Source: Octopus vulgaris (Eukaryota). Taken from it: 64,000 nucleotides of DNA. Position numbers and translations under genes: made by a program. Under the pieces are notes generated by a model that searched no databases, was not told where the DNA came from, and saw only the letters and a list, made by a program, of their open reading frames with translations. Shown here piece by piece: positions 43,689 to 57,864 of this stretch. How positions within the stretch are numbered: position 1 is the first letter of the stretch; each line of letters starts with the position of its first letter. The stretch spans positions 15,004,001 to 15,068,000 of the forward strand of contig OX597830.1 of the NCBI GenBank assembly GCA_951406725.2, written 5' to 3'.

Positions 43689-44459
43689 AGAATTTAGACT
43701 GTAGAATGCCATTAAAGGTATACTTTTTGCATTCGCATTTCGACTTTTTTCGTGAAAATATAGGTCAAGTGACTGAGGAACATGGTGAGAGATTCGATCA
43801 GGATATTGCTACAATGGAGAAAGGATACCAACGGAGATGGGACACTGCAATGATAGGGCACTATACATGGTCATTGGTGCGTACAGATATAGGAGCTCAC
43901 GGTAGGAGAGCACGATCTTCGGTGCATTTCTAGCAAAATCTTATTATAATCTCATCACAGTTTCGCTTCTATTTCTCATTAGTTTAAAGATAAGTATTAG
44001 GAAAAATATTTTTAGTTCCTCTTAATGTATAATGTGGATAAGTTGAATAAAGTACTATCGCAGTTAAATTTTGTTCCCATTCTCTAGGAAGCCGCAATTA
44101 TTCCCTGAAATATCAATGCTATGAAATTTTCAAGGGTAGTCTTGAAATCAGGAGAAAAAAATTACCTTCGAAACACTAATAACATTTGGAAAAGCAATAC
44201 TTGTGTTATCCCGTGTAATCTTTAGTTCTTATTATATGATTTACACATTGGTATATAGTACACTACATGAGATTGTTATAGTATTGTGATAGTAACGTGG
44301 CTTCATTTACAACGAGAACAATATCTTATAAAGACTGCTGCTTGGGAAAAAAAGCCTTCATCGTATGTGATCTACTCCTTTTTTATTATTATTTAAAAGG
44401 GTAGGGTATGAATTGCGAGAGTACTGACTGCTATTTCGAGCAGGTTGCTTCGTACAGGC

Positions 44460-44766
44460 ACATACATATACACACACATATGTGTATATGCGCAAAAACA
44501 TACATACATACATACATACATACATACACACACATACATACATACACACACACATACATACATACATACATATATACATATATCCATACATACATACACA
44601 CATACATAAATACATACATACATACATACACACACATACATACATACACACACACATACATACATACATACATACATACATGCATACATACACACACACA
44701 AACATACATACATACATACATAAATACATACATACACACACATACATACATACATACATACATACA

Positions 44767-44799
<33 letters not shown>

Positions 44800-45030
44800 G
44801 TGTGTGTGTGTGTGTGTGTGTCACACATATGTGCGTTACATTATATTTGTTTATGCACGAATGTATATTTATTATAAGTAAACGTATGTATCTGTGCGCG
44901 TGTGTGTTTATGTGTGTGTGTGTGTGTGTGTGTGTCTATGTATGTATGTGTGTGTGTGTTTGCGTGTGTGTGTGTGCGTGAGTGTGTGTATCTGTGCGTG
45001 TGTGTGCATGCGTGTGTGTGTGTAAATGCA
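44460..45030. repeat. (CATA)n/(TG)n tract
   Basis: Direct inspection. Confidence 0.95.
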
Positions 45031-46499
45031 TGCTTGAATATGTATATCTTCATCATGGCGATAGAAGATCTACTTCCTGTCCAATCCTTAGAATGTTAGC
45101 TGTAGCTATTTCCTGGGATGGTCTGCACACCCAAACCTGTCTGCTTCTACTTCATACCATTCACTTAGTCTCTGCTTCTCTACCATACCACTAATGGCTG
45201 CTGAAATAACTAAGTAGGCCTTCTGCCTGCATCGCTGCTTCCTTCAATGGCCGTCATTTTGTGTTTCGCTTTTCATAAACGCAGCTATCATTCCATTTCT
45301 ATCGAACCACGTACCAGTCTAACCATCCATCCACCTATTTATCTATCTGTCTGTCTACCCCTCTATCTACCTGTCTATATATCTTCTGTCTGTCTACCTA
45401 TTCAGCTATCTGACCGTCAGCCTCTTTATCTCTCTCTCTCGCTTTCTCCTTGTCTTTGTATATTCACGCGCGCGCACACATGCACATATTTACACATACA
45501 TATTTACATACCATACGTGTGTGTGTGCGTGTTTGCGTGTGTATACAGTGTATGTGAGTGTGTTTGTATGTATGCTTATAGATTACATATATTTTTATAT
45601 GCATACACACACACACACATATGTATATATATACATGCATGTATGTATATGTATATATTTAATATATGTGTATATACAAACAGTCTCATACATACACTCA
45701 TACAATTATACATTATATACATTCATTTCATACATACATATGCATGTATATAAGTCTATACACATGTATGTGTTTGTGCGTGTGTGTGTATGTGTGTGTA
45801 ATGTATGTATGTATATGAATCTATTGAGGGTATATTGAAGAAATGGAGACCCATTGAAGAATACATCTGATCTGAAAATGTCTGAGGAGAAATCCAACTC
45901 CAAAAGAATGTTCTGGATATGGATATTCGCCAAGATTGGAAAACGAGAGACAATATGGCCGACACGAGTACGATTGAAGAAAATGGAGGTATAAACAGCA
46001 AAAAAAAAAAAACAATATGAATTCATTTTATGATTGCGATATATTTATTGAGTGGCCCTGGATGGCAGGATGACATGTTGGACAGACACGAAAAATAGAG
46101 TAGACAACAGATTCGTTAGTGCAACTATGAGAGCGTGTGTATGCGTGTGCCTGTGTGGGGACGTGTGTGTGTGTGTGTGTGAGTCTGTGTGTGTGTCTGT
46201 GTGTGAGTCTCTGTGTGTGTGTGTTTGTGCGTGTTTGTCCGGACATGTATGTCCGCCTTTGAATGTGATGACATGAATGGTTGTCTGTACGGGATACAAA
46301 TGTTCGCATGTGTTCGGCGTATGGACGGTGAAGCGAGTACTGTACGTATACGACTGCATGCGACGAAGTTGGGAATTATAGGAAATATAGGTTTGGTCGA
46401 TGCCGAGGGGAAGGGACGTGCTCAATGTGAAAATTAATCTTCTTTCCCGCTGTATCGCAACAGAAGGGAAACCGTAGTATTTGAGTAATCCAAAGGCAG

Positions 46500-46850
<351 letters not shown>

Positions 46851-47099
46851 TAAGGGAGGGGGTTAGGTGTAGGTTTGGGTGCTGGAGTTAAAATGGCGAG
46901 TCACAGGTTTAAGGAACCCGGAAGCTTAGTGACGCACATCAAGCAGGTGGTGTCTGAAGCGATCTGCTAAGTGCCAACCAGTGTTCATGTAAGTGGAAGA
47001 CCATACACAGAGTTGACAATTAATGCAATATATTAAACATTGCTGGAGGAAGCGGCCAAGTGGTTGGGGTACTTAAAAGAGTGGATCTTTGAGTTCACG

Positions 47100-47800
47100 C
47101 CAAGTTAAAATGTTGAAAGTGCATCACCTGGAAGTTGAACAAACAGACGTTCCAGGTTGGGGATTGAAGGAATCTCTGACCTAGAGATCGCGTAGATTGC
47201 AGTCGTATTTGAAAGAACAGAGGGATTTGCGGGAAAGATAGAGGAGTTACTACTGGGTGAGAGTGAATTATGCTTGAGGACTTCATGCTGGAGAAACTAT
47301 GTAGCGAGATGGAAAGTGATGAGGAAATGAATTGGGATGGTTAAATGTGTGGGTAGGTACATGAGGTCGGTGGTCGTCTGATGGCCTGGGATAGCAGGGA
47401 TGTGGTCCCGAAATCATAACCTCGGCTACGGAGGTGGCAAGGATGGATGAATTACAAAGATGTGAATGGTTCTGAGGGGAAAAGCGGAGAGAGCGAAGTA
47501 AGAGAAAAAGAGCGAAATACTTCAAGACATCCGTTCTTACAGTGGCACCAATCGAAGTGACTGTCAAGGTTTTCCATATAAAAGTTGATAAAGCATGTGA
47601 AAAAAAAAAACGTACACATGCGCGCACAAGACTGATAAACAGATAGTAGCCATACAGAGAGAGAGAGAGTGAGAGAGTGTGCTTGAGTCTTTGATAGATC
47701 GAAAGGAGGTGATCAGTGATAACGGGTAGGCCTAAGGAGTTGATGTAGATGCCAGAGATAAATGTGTTACTGAACGAAATAAAGGGACCACTGCTCACAG
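47100..47800 (-). mobile_element. Very old LINE AP-endonuclease region (putative)
   Basis: INSLGL..DHLL and RFSPQ..AEVMISG resemble NIRGL..HL and YRSP..EIxIxGDFN; heavily decayed. Confidence 0.3.
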
Positions 47801-49431
47801 GTGAATCTGCCGCCGGTACAGTCAGTAATATAACGATGGTGGAGAGTAGTAAATAGAGTGAATACCTGGGACATAGAGTGAATACCTTTAACCAACTTTA
47901 GGTTTTATATCACAGTCACTCTTGGTGCCATACTGGTGGCACTTATCACAGAAAAACCTACTGAGACAACGGGCGAATTTACGAGAGACGAGACGTGTCA
48001 GGTTGCTGGATACGATTGTGGTGTGGTGCTCCAGAAAGAATTTAGAAATTAGGAGACCATCGTCGTAGCGATGGCGACAAATTATAAGGATTTAAGGGTC
48101 AGTGTAAGAAAATGATTAAAGCGAGCCGTTTTCTTGAGGGTTCGGATTAGACTCGTCGAAGAATGTGTTTGTGTCAATTAAAGAAATAGGGCGGCCGTGG
48201 TTGTGCTAATTTAATTCAGTTCGGAAAGAAAACGAAAAGTTGGATTTAGATGTGATTTGAACTCAGAAAGTTGAGGGATACAACTCCGCTACACCATTCG
48301 AAATGGTTGCACACACTCGGCCTCTTGTTCCAGCTACTCCCCTCTCTTGGACAAGATCACTTTACGCTATATTTGAGCATGCTTAGTTATTCTTATAGTA
48401 GTCATTATTGTTTAGTATGATGTGAGCTGTTATTGAGCAAACCTATATTCAAAGACATTCTATCCATGACCATCTCATCTTTGCAGATTTACTTTATCTC
48501 CAGCTACATAAATCTACATGTCATTTTTAATGAAATAGTATAAACCATTAGGGTTATTTCTCGAAGGCTGAGGAACGTAGGCAAGTCTCCTCTCATTCAT
48601 TGACGGCTCGTGTTATCTTGGTAGATGTAACGAAGTTATTGCTGCTGTGATATTTAATAATTAAGTCAGAGTAAACTGTTTTATTCTGCTATTTTCTTTG
48701 TGAATTCCATTTTAACAAAGAAACAAAAAGAAACAAATTGCAAATATATAACGATAATAAATAATTATTTTGTGACAAATCTGTCGACATTCTTTACAAA
48801 AACTGCAACATTCTCTTGAATATTTATATTGGAATGAGCATTTTAATTAAACTGTACGATCAACCGAAATTTAAAATCTTTGTTACCATGGCAATCCCTG
48901 TAGACATGTACTTAGCAAGATTCTAATTTTAGAATTATGAAACAGGTTTCCATTTTAGTTTTTATCTATAAATGCATATCTATACAGTTTACTGTTGTTA
49001 TAAATATTTCCTTGTAATATTCTCTGTTAATGTTTGGCAGACATATCGTCATACTCATCTGATATCTAACATACTTTCTAACAAATACATTGAGTTCTGT
49101 CACTGCTTTGCTAATACAATTCCATATTTTCTGAGATGAGGAATTTGTATTATGTACGCGGTTTACATCAGTCGGAGTGGTGGCTACATCTTGATTGTTG
49201 CTTCCACTAGGTCTTTTATAAATGTCTGCCTGGTTTTTGCTCATTGCTAAAATATTCTTTGTTACCAGACATTCTATCAAACAACAGACATTGCCTGCTA
49301 TACAGTTTTTTTTTTTTTTTGTTGATATCAAACATACTTTCCTTTAAACAAATAATTACTGTATATTTTCTGATACCATCAGACGCACTTGCTATCAAAC
49401 AAATTGACTGATATATATTTTTTCTGTTGAT

Positions 49432-49621
49432 AGGCACGGGTGTGGTTGTGAGGTAAGAAGTTTGCTTCCTAACCAAATGGTTCTGGGTTCAGTCCCACTG
49501 AGTGGCACCTGGGGCAATTCTCTTCTGCTACAGAACTGCTTCAGGTCGACAAAAGCCTTGTGAGTGGATTAGGTAGAAAAGAAGCCCATCATGTGCGCGC
49601 GTGTGTGTATGTGAGTGAGTA

Positions 49622-49653
<32 letters not shown>

Positions 49654-49690
49654 TGTGTGCGCGTGTGTGTGCGTGTGTGCGTGCGTGCGC

Positions 49691-49729
<39 letters not shown>

Positions 49730-49940
49730 CTTTCCCCACCTCCGCTTTACACCCAGTTACGTGCGTTTACGGCCCCGTAAACACACAAAGACAGTTCTGC
49801 AAAACAGACCGATAGAATAAGTACCAGGTTTTAAACAAAAGAAAAAATCAAGGTACTTGGCTCGAATTCGACTACAAATTCTTCAAGGAAGTGCCCCAGC
49901 ATGGTCGCGGTCTAATGACTAAAACTAGTACAAAGATAGA
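49432..49940 (+). mobile_element. SINE family A, diverged
   Basis: Head, internal (TG)n and tail present. Confidence 0.85.
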
Positions 49941-50284
49941 AGATATCACACGCACTTTCAGTGAAACACATTGATGGCGATATATTTTTAGTTAATGTCT
50001 CACTTGCTTTCTGTCAATCTCATGATATAGCTTACAGTGGTGTTGTGACATTTTTCTATTTTAGACAACACGTGTGACACGACTCTTCGATTTCTTTGGC
50101 ACAACAACAACATCAGTACCATAATAATCATCACCACCTTCCCTCTTATTTGCGTTTAAGTGTTGAATTTCTCTTTCTCTGCACGCACCTTTTATTGTTT
50201 AGCCCTAGGACAACTTTATCTGTGTCGACCTACAATCGAAATACGCCAGGCATGACTAATCGATCTTCTTTTCAGTTCATATTT

Positions 50285-50945
50285 TGATTTCAAATTTTGA
50301 CACAATGCCAGCAATTTCGGTGGATGGAGTAATTCGATTACATCAGCCCATGTGATACTCTGGTATTTTTTTTAATCGACCTCGAAAGAATGAAAGACAA
50401 AGTCGATCTTGAGCTCAGAAAGTAAAGACGGACTACATGCTGCTAAGCATTTTTACCGGCACCTCGCCGCCTTTTATTTGCAGACCATATACTGAGCACT
50501 CTTAACCATTGGTCCTACCATTTTTCCATCCTGTGTTGACAAAAATGTGATGAACCATGTCAGTAACTTCAAAGTTACTGCCACCTGTTTTATTCTTTTT
50601 TTTTTCGTTCCCTAAAACCGCATCTCTTAAACTGAAGCCCCTCGCCTACCGAACACTTTCTCTGTATACTGCTACAACTTCAACAATATACCAAATGACC
50701 CGCATTATATCATCATAACTTCAGGCGACGAGTTGGCAGAATCGTTATCACGCCAGGAGAAATGCTTAGCGGCATTTTGGTCCGTCTTCACATTCTAAGT
50801 TCCACTTCCGCCGAGATCAACTTTGCCTTTCATCCTTTCGAAGTTGATGAAACAAGTACCAGTCGAGTAGTGGAATTGATGTTATTGATTACCGCCACTT
50901 ACTCCCACCCAAATGTCAGGCTTTCTTCCTATAGCAGAAAGGATT
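50285..50945. mobile_element. Two diverged SINE B copies (50285-50475 -, 50720-50945 +)
   Basis: Family B motifs. Confidence 0.75.
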
Positions 50946-51477
50946 GTTGTAATCGAATAGCCTCTACTAATAACCAGCCAAATATATGATATGAAATCAC
51001 TATATTCTATCATATCAATTACATTACACTATACGATATCTGATGCGATATCATATCTTTACTATGTAATGTGAATTATATCCTACCAGTACTATATCAG
51101 ACTGTATTATACATGTACAATATTATATCAAATATATGAGGTATCAAATGACTATATGATGTAATATCCAACCTCATTAAAACACCTACTATGTTTCACC
51201 AACTTATTCCATACCAAAATAACCAATGATGTTAAAAGTCAATGTATGAAACTGCCAGAAATAGCATCTAAATGCACTGAAATCAAGCTGTATCACCTTA
51301 AAAAAGTAAGTACATGTTAGATAAAGTAAGTTCTAGATTCACTATGTTTGAAAAAGAAAACAGACATATGGTGAGATCACGGTTGCCGCTCGATGATAGC
51401 TGTTCAGAGCTATGCAACGCTAAACAAGAGACCTTACACTGCAAGAGCATCAACCATCCTATGCAGTTCTTTACTAA

Positions 51478-51890
51478 TTCTTCTTCTTCTTCCTACAGCA
51501 TTCACCCGGGGTGGGTTGAGCTGGCTTCATTCATCCTCAATGCTGCATCTCTCACAAACGTCGACCAGGCCTGGCGATTTGAGGCTAACAACTGCGTGAT
51601 CTCCAACCACTCCTTATTCCAGCGACGAACGCCGTAGACATGGGGGCCTAGGCTGGGTTCCAGATCAGTCTTGACCGTCATCCGCCAGGTTTTTAGTTGT
51701 CTACCACGTCGCTTTCGCCAACTCTGAAGGGGAGCTGGGGCAATTGCTTCGTAGATGAATTCTCCTGGTTGACGACGGAGAGCATGACCCAACCAACGCA
51801 GGCGTCTCGCTAGGATGACTCGTCGGAGGGAGGTGATTCTGCACTGGTGTCGCACCGAATTGTTGGAGACAAAGTGATGCCATCGGACAC
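51478..51890 (-). mobile_element. 5'-truncated RTE LINE related to 17798-18590
   Basis: RRLRWLGHALRR...QLKTW...YGVRRWNKEWL; (GAA)n tail. Confidence 0.9.
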
Positions 51891-52160
51891 TAATGAACTA
51901 ACTTATGTTATATAATAGCATCCGAGGTTGTCTACCCTGTCTTTCTTCACCAGAATGAGTCGTTGAAATACTGGTTTATTTTCATCCTTATAGATGCAAT
52001 TTTAATCAATCAAAAATGTTTCTTAAATAGATCCGGTATATTAGCAACCATTTTACTATCGATTCTTTTGTAAAATATAACGAGGGTCGGTTGAAAAGTT
52101 AGTATGATGACTAAAATACTTTCATTGAATGTGACCAAATCAGGTTTATTTTTCAATATA

Positions 52161-52389
52161 TATTTCTTTATTGCCCACAAGGGGCTAAACATAAAGGGGA
52201 CAAACAAGGACAGACAATAAGATTAAGTCGATTACATCGACCCCCAGTGTGAAACTGGTACTTTATTTATCGATCCCGAAAGAATGAAAGGCAAAGTCGA
52301 CCTCGGCGGAATTTTAACTCAGAACGTAACGACAGACGAAATACCGCTAAGCATTTCGCCCGTGCTAACGATTCTGCCAGCTCGCCGCC
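52161..52389 (-). mobile_element. SINE B nested in mariner, 15-bp TSD
   Basis: TTATTTTTCAATATA at 52146-52160 and 52390-52404. Confidence 0.93.
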
Positions 52390-53103
52390 TTATTTTTCAA
52401 TATAGTCACACTTCATCCCTCGGCGCTGTAGTGCTTGGATTTCATTAATTAAGAAGCCTCCCGCCCGTTGGTCAAAAAAGTCAAAGTCAGTCAATAGCAG
52501 ACATGAGGTTGTCTTCACTGCGATACTGGTTCCCGGTTAAGTGAGATGGTGTTATGTTGGGGAACAGCTGATAATCAGGTGGGTCTTAATGAGGAGAATA
52601 GGTGATCAACCAGTTCAAAGCCAGAGACACACTGCAGCCAATGAAACCAAGAGTTTGCGTCCTAAAGCATTGTCCTGAGGAAAACAAGACCCCTTCCGTC
52701 AGTTTTCTTGGGCACATTCCTTGGAGTTTAGATAACCTTTCTTAACATCCTCAGCAAGTTGACATAGTACTCTCCATTGTTCTTGTGTACCTTTTGAAAA
52801 TAGTCAATAAGCACAATGCCTTTTGGGTCCAAAACAACTGAGACTATCACCTATCTTCTTTGCCGATGAAACGACCATGGCCTTCTTTGGAACAGGTGAG
52901 TAGCGGGGTATCCACTACATGGATTGTCTGTTTGTCTCTGGCTCAAAGGGTTGAACCCAACATTCATCCTTCGTTAGTAAACGTTGAAGGAAGCCTGTTG
53001 GATCTGCCCCAAACAATGTCAGAATTACCCGTGTTGTGATCGGCTTGGTGCAAATTGGATCAAGTGTCAGAAGACGTGGAACCCATCGAGCACAAACCTT
53101 CGT

Positions 53104-53460
53104 CTGTGTGATAAATAGCGTGCTAACGAACCACATGGTTCCGGGTTCTACTATAGCCTTGGGCGACCAAAGCCTTGTCAGTGTATTTGGTAGACGGAAA
53201 CTGAAAGAAGCCTGTCGTATATATGTATATATATATATGTGTGTGTGTGTATGAATGTTTGTGTGTCTGTGTTTGTACCCCCAACATCGATTGACAACCG
53301 ATGCTGGTGTGTTTATGTCCCCGCAACTTAGCGGTTCAGCAAAAGAGACCGACAGAATATTACTAGGCTTACAAAGAATAAGTCCTGGGGTCGATTTGCT
53401 CGGCTAAAGGCGGTGCTCCAGCATGGCCACAGTCAAATGACTGAAACAAGTAAAAGAGTA
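53104..53460 (+). mobile_element. SINE A nested in the mariner ORF
   Basis: Family A match with a short internal deletion. Confidence 0.9.
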
Positions 53461-54082
53461 ATACCAAGTCCATGGTGCAGAATATTCTCAACTGCCTCAT
53501 ATGATATTCTAATAGCATTGACACTTTAATATATTGTCAACCCCACCTGTCATCTCTGTCATCATGTGGTGAACATGATCAATGTTTTCCTTGGTTATGT
53601 CTAGACCTTAGGTCATCTTCAAGGTTCTCCATTCCTCTCCTAAATTCAGTTGTCCCCTTTTGCACTGTTTATTAAAGCTTGAGCAATTATCCCCTAATGT
53701 GGCCAGTATGTCACCATGAATGTCCTTGATAACACCATGATGCCAAACTTTGTCCGTTTTCTAGAGAAGTTGCCACTAGTTACTTTTGAAGACTTCTTTG
53801 AACATATAATTGTCAGTTTACATGGAAAGAAACAAAGCAATAATTAATAAGAAGTGTCGAAATTAATGCCTGCACGTTTTCATAGTTGTAGCATAACTCC
53901 TTCATAATGATTTTGTAAAATTTCATACAATAACATTACTGGAGTCTGTTTGAAGCTCTTTGAATGTAATTTGTATATCAGGAAAAAATATTAGTAGAAC
54001 AATTAATATAAAAGGTAATTAATAAAGAAATTCTAACTTTATGGTCCTGAAACTCATTGGGTTAATGCATATCTTAATCATT

Positions 54083-54472
54083 TATCTTTTACTTGTTTCA
54101 GTCATAAGACGGCGGCTATGCTGGGCACCGCCTTGAAGAATTTTTGGTCAGACACATCAATCCGAGTACATTTTAATGCCTGGTAGTTATTCTATACGTC
54201 TCTTTTGTGAAATCGTTAAATTACTGGGTGTAAACACACCAACACCGATTGTCAAGTGGTGGTGCAGGACAAATACATACACACAGATATAAAAAGTGTT
54301 TGTGTGTGTGTGTGACGGGCTTCCTTGAGTTTCCTTTTACCAAATCTCCTCACAAGGCATTGGTGGGCCCAAAGCTATATTAGAAGACATTTACCCAAGA
54401 TGCCTTGCAGTGAGACTGAACCCGGAAGCATGATCATGTGGTTGGGAAGCAACCTTCTTACCACAGAGCCAT
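54083..54472 (-). mobile_element. SINE family A, diverged
   Basis: Family A head and tail. Confidence 0.85.
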
Positions 54473-54694
54473 GTTCTATCTTATTAAAATACTGAAGAAT
54501 TCAAATCTTAACTTTAATGTGTGACGTCTGTGCGAAACTTTTTCTTTAGTGATAAAGGAGAGAATTGAGTTGTGGACAGACGGATTAAAATTCCTTTAGA
54601 TCAGCGAGGGCTACAGTGGGATATCAAAGGACTGATGACGTAAGTAGGGTGTGGAGAAAGATAAGGGTGCACTGCGTGGATGGTCACAACTTAA

Positions 54695-55061
54695 TATCAG
54701 GCCATCCCATAAGTTTTGTCCGAATTTTGAATAAAGATAACAAGTGGTCAAATGTTATATTTAATTGAAATTTAATCATCAATGTACTTTTTCTGATTAT
54801 CTATGACTTCCTTCCATCTATTTACAAGCTTTTTTTATCCCATCAATGTAAAACTCTTTTGGTTTCAAAGCGAAGAAGTCTGAAATATCAGTTTCGACTT
54901 CCTCCTGGCTTGCGAAATTTATGTCCCCCAAATGATTCTGTAAACTACGAAACAAATGGTAGTCTGAAGGAGCAAGATCGGGAGAATAAAGTGGATGAAG
55001 AAAAAGAATTCAAATAAAACGAGAAAGAAAAAAAGCGAACGAATTTGTCTAACAACCTAAT
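54695..55061 (-). mobile_element. Internally deleted mariner (transposase C-terminus)
   Basis: HPLYSPDLAPSDYHLFRSLQNHL...FYIDGIKKL..RWKEVIDN. Confidence 0.88.
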
Positions 55062-56083
55062 AAATATTTGAATACATATTATTACATTCGTGTTTTTCTT
55101 AATATCTATAGAAAATTTTAACATCGAGATGTAATGTATAACAATAAAAACGTGATGTTTTTCAATGTCTTGCGGATCTCAAATATATGGAGTTTATCTT
55201 ATGAAGTTCTTACACTACATGCGTTTGGCCATCCTTGCTCTACGTTATTTCAAACCAATAAACTATATATTAAGGCAATAATTTATGTTCTTGGTTTCAT
55301 GCTGGCACAAGGTTCACTTCTGAAATAAACTGTTTCATCTTAATCTCAAAATTTAATAGATTTATCTTCCAAGCAGCAATACTTTTAGATTAAGCAACAA
55401 TTTATACCAATACCATGTTTTTAACATAAGGCTTGATTCATTGATTGAGAGAATTAAGATTCTAAACTGCCCAAGCGTAACTTGCGCAAAGCCAAGCTAG
55501 CTGCAAGGAAGTTAATATTTCTTTAACAGAAACTTATTCATCTTTATATACAACAGCTGAGAAGTTCTTCACTCGTCCACTAAATTTCCATTTATATATT
55601 GGTAAGGGCATTCAAGAAAGAAAGCAACGTTGCAAATAAGCATCAAATATGCACGCACTTAAAATATACATGCTAGTTTCCATTCTAGCGTCCAAGCTTT
55701 TCCCATTGTCCATTCTGCTCCCCGAATAGATAATCTTTTCTTTCACTATGTTAATTTTATAAATTTTATTCTGCCAGTGGTCCTTCTTCTACATGAATAA
55801 CCAATGAAAAGCCGACACAGATTAACGAGAATCAGTACAACATTGTAATTTCTCATTGCAGCGTTTTCCAACTACGAGAGGATGTTTGGCCATGGTTCAC
55901 GAAAGCAAAATACCTATATGAGTGTATATATGTATGTATACACGTGAGCGCGTGCACGTGTACGTACTCATATACTCATATATACACGTACACATACGCG
56001 CGCGCATATATATATATACACTTATGCACACATATCTAAATAGACAGATAGAGATTTACATATGGATATATATATATATAATA

Positions 56084-56131
<48 letters not shown>

Positions 56132-56307
56132 TATATATATGTTTATATATCTATATATGTATATATATATGTATATATATATATGTATATATATATCTAT
56201 ATATCTATATATATCTATATATGTATATATATGTATATATATATATATATATATGCACATACATACACACAAACACGCATGCGCACATGCGTGTGCACAT
56301 ACGTACG

Positions 56308-56396
<89 letters not shown>

Positions 56397-56769
56397 ATTT
56401 CAATGGTTTAGATCTCTGAACACAAGAGTATGCTTTAGCAGAGGTTATTTCGTTTGGTTGTACCCATGAAAGACAAGAAAGCCAGTGCCTACATGGTTTT
56501 AGGAGTACGGCTCGCTAATTGGCAGAAAGATTTTTATTTTCAACCGTAAACACAAAACCATGTGGTCATTCGCTTCCGCCTCTTCTAGTGGTGTCACCAA
56601 ACGATATCGTGTCCTCTAAAGCGTATTCATATTTCAAAGGGTTAATGTAAATATTCAAATAAAATCATCTTATAAAACAACAAAACAGATTACTCTGTAT
56701 TTTAGAGATGAGGAATTATGTGCATTATTTACAATGGACGGATAGGTGTCCTCATCGTGTTCTTGTTTC

Positions 56770-56811
56770 CACAACGTTTCGGCTGATGTACTCTCCAGCC
56801 TTCATCAGGTG
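56770..56811 (-). ncRNA. Minimal type I hammerhead ribozyme motif, intact core
   Basis: CAC-CUGAUGA-A-GGCUG(10-nt loop)CAGCC-GAA-ACGU-U-GUG. Confidence 0.75.
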
Positions 56812-57136
56812 TTCAGGTGGAATTTCGAACCCAGCCCTTTATTTGACTAATGGGGTACTCTGTTCTCATTCCTAAGGTATTCTTTTTTGCTGATGTTATT
56901 TTTTGTTAGTATCCTTTCCTAAGTCCCTGCCTGGGATTGAGCTCAGAATCCGAGAGTTAGTAGCGTAGTGGATAAGAGCGCGGGCTGCTAACCCTTGGAT
57001 TCTGTGATCAATCCCAGGCAGGGACTTGGGAAATAATACCAACCAAAAATTACATCAGCAAAAAAAGAATGCCTTAGGAATGAGAACAGAATACCCCACT
57101 AGTCAAATAAAGGGTCGATTCGAAATTCCACCAGAA

Positions 57137-57178
57137 CACCTGATGAAGGCTGGAGAGTACATCAGCCGAAATGTTGTG
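57137..57178 (+). ncRNA. Hammerhead motif, stem III ACGU changed to AUGU
   Basis: CAC-CUGAUGA-A-GGCUG..CAGCC-GAA-AUGU-U-GUG. Confidence 0.6.
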
Positions 57179-57410
57179 AAAGAAGCAAACAAGGGTGAGG
57201 ACAGCCATTCGTGCATTGTAAATAAATAACAAAAAAAGACTGTAATAATAATATTGGTTTCGAATTTTCGTACAAGGCCAGGAGAGGGAGTAAGTCGATT
57301 ACATCGCCCCAAGTGCTTAGCTTGTAGCTTTTTTTTATCGACCTCAAAAGCACGAAAGGTAAAGTCGACTTCAGCGGAATTTGAACGCAGACGGTAAAGA
57401 CAGACAAAAT

Positions 57411-57792
<382 letters not shown>

Positions 57793-57864
57793 AAGACGAA
57801 ATGTCGCTAAGCCTTTCGTTCGGTGTGTTAACAATTCAGTAAGCTTGCCGCCTTGATTATAAGA

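Larger units (their letters stand above)
41525..44217 (+). mobile_element. Decayed DNA transposon with intron-containing transposase (family I recall as the m44 type)
   Basis: CRNSPNIFCYVCG...WREPNNHHDDCYF...ELDDFIRDLGL...WRLFIDSSAKSLKIVLLHN...WDSR...PPLHIKL...EHGERFDQD; frameshifts and stops; possible 3' TIR GTGTTATCCCGTG-TA; 5' end missing. Confidence 0.85.
52081..53900 (-). mobile_element. Decayed mariner transposon carrying two nested SINEs
   Basis: KVCARWVPRLLT...FLQRLLTKDECWVQPFEPETNRQSM; end CGAGGGTCGGTTGAAAAGTT; right boundary uncertain. Confidence 0.85.
56693..57230. mobile_element. Head-to-head inverted pair of a tRNA-headed, hammerhead-bearing short element
   Basis: About 240-bp arms around 56964-56984; + arm starts GCGTAGTGGATAAGAGCGCGGGCTGCTAACCC..GATCAATCCC. 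Confidence 0.85.

Noticed and set aside
48882-48895. RFX X-box-like palindromes GTTACCATGGCAAT and GTTTCCATGGTAAT (39151)
   Set aside because: Imperfect short motifs with no identifiable gene start nearby; could be chance.
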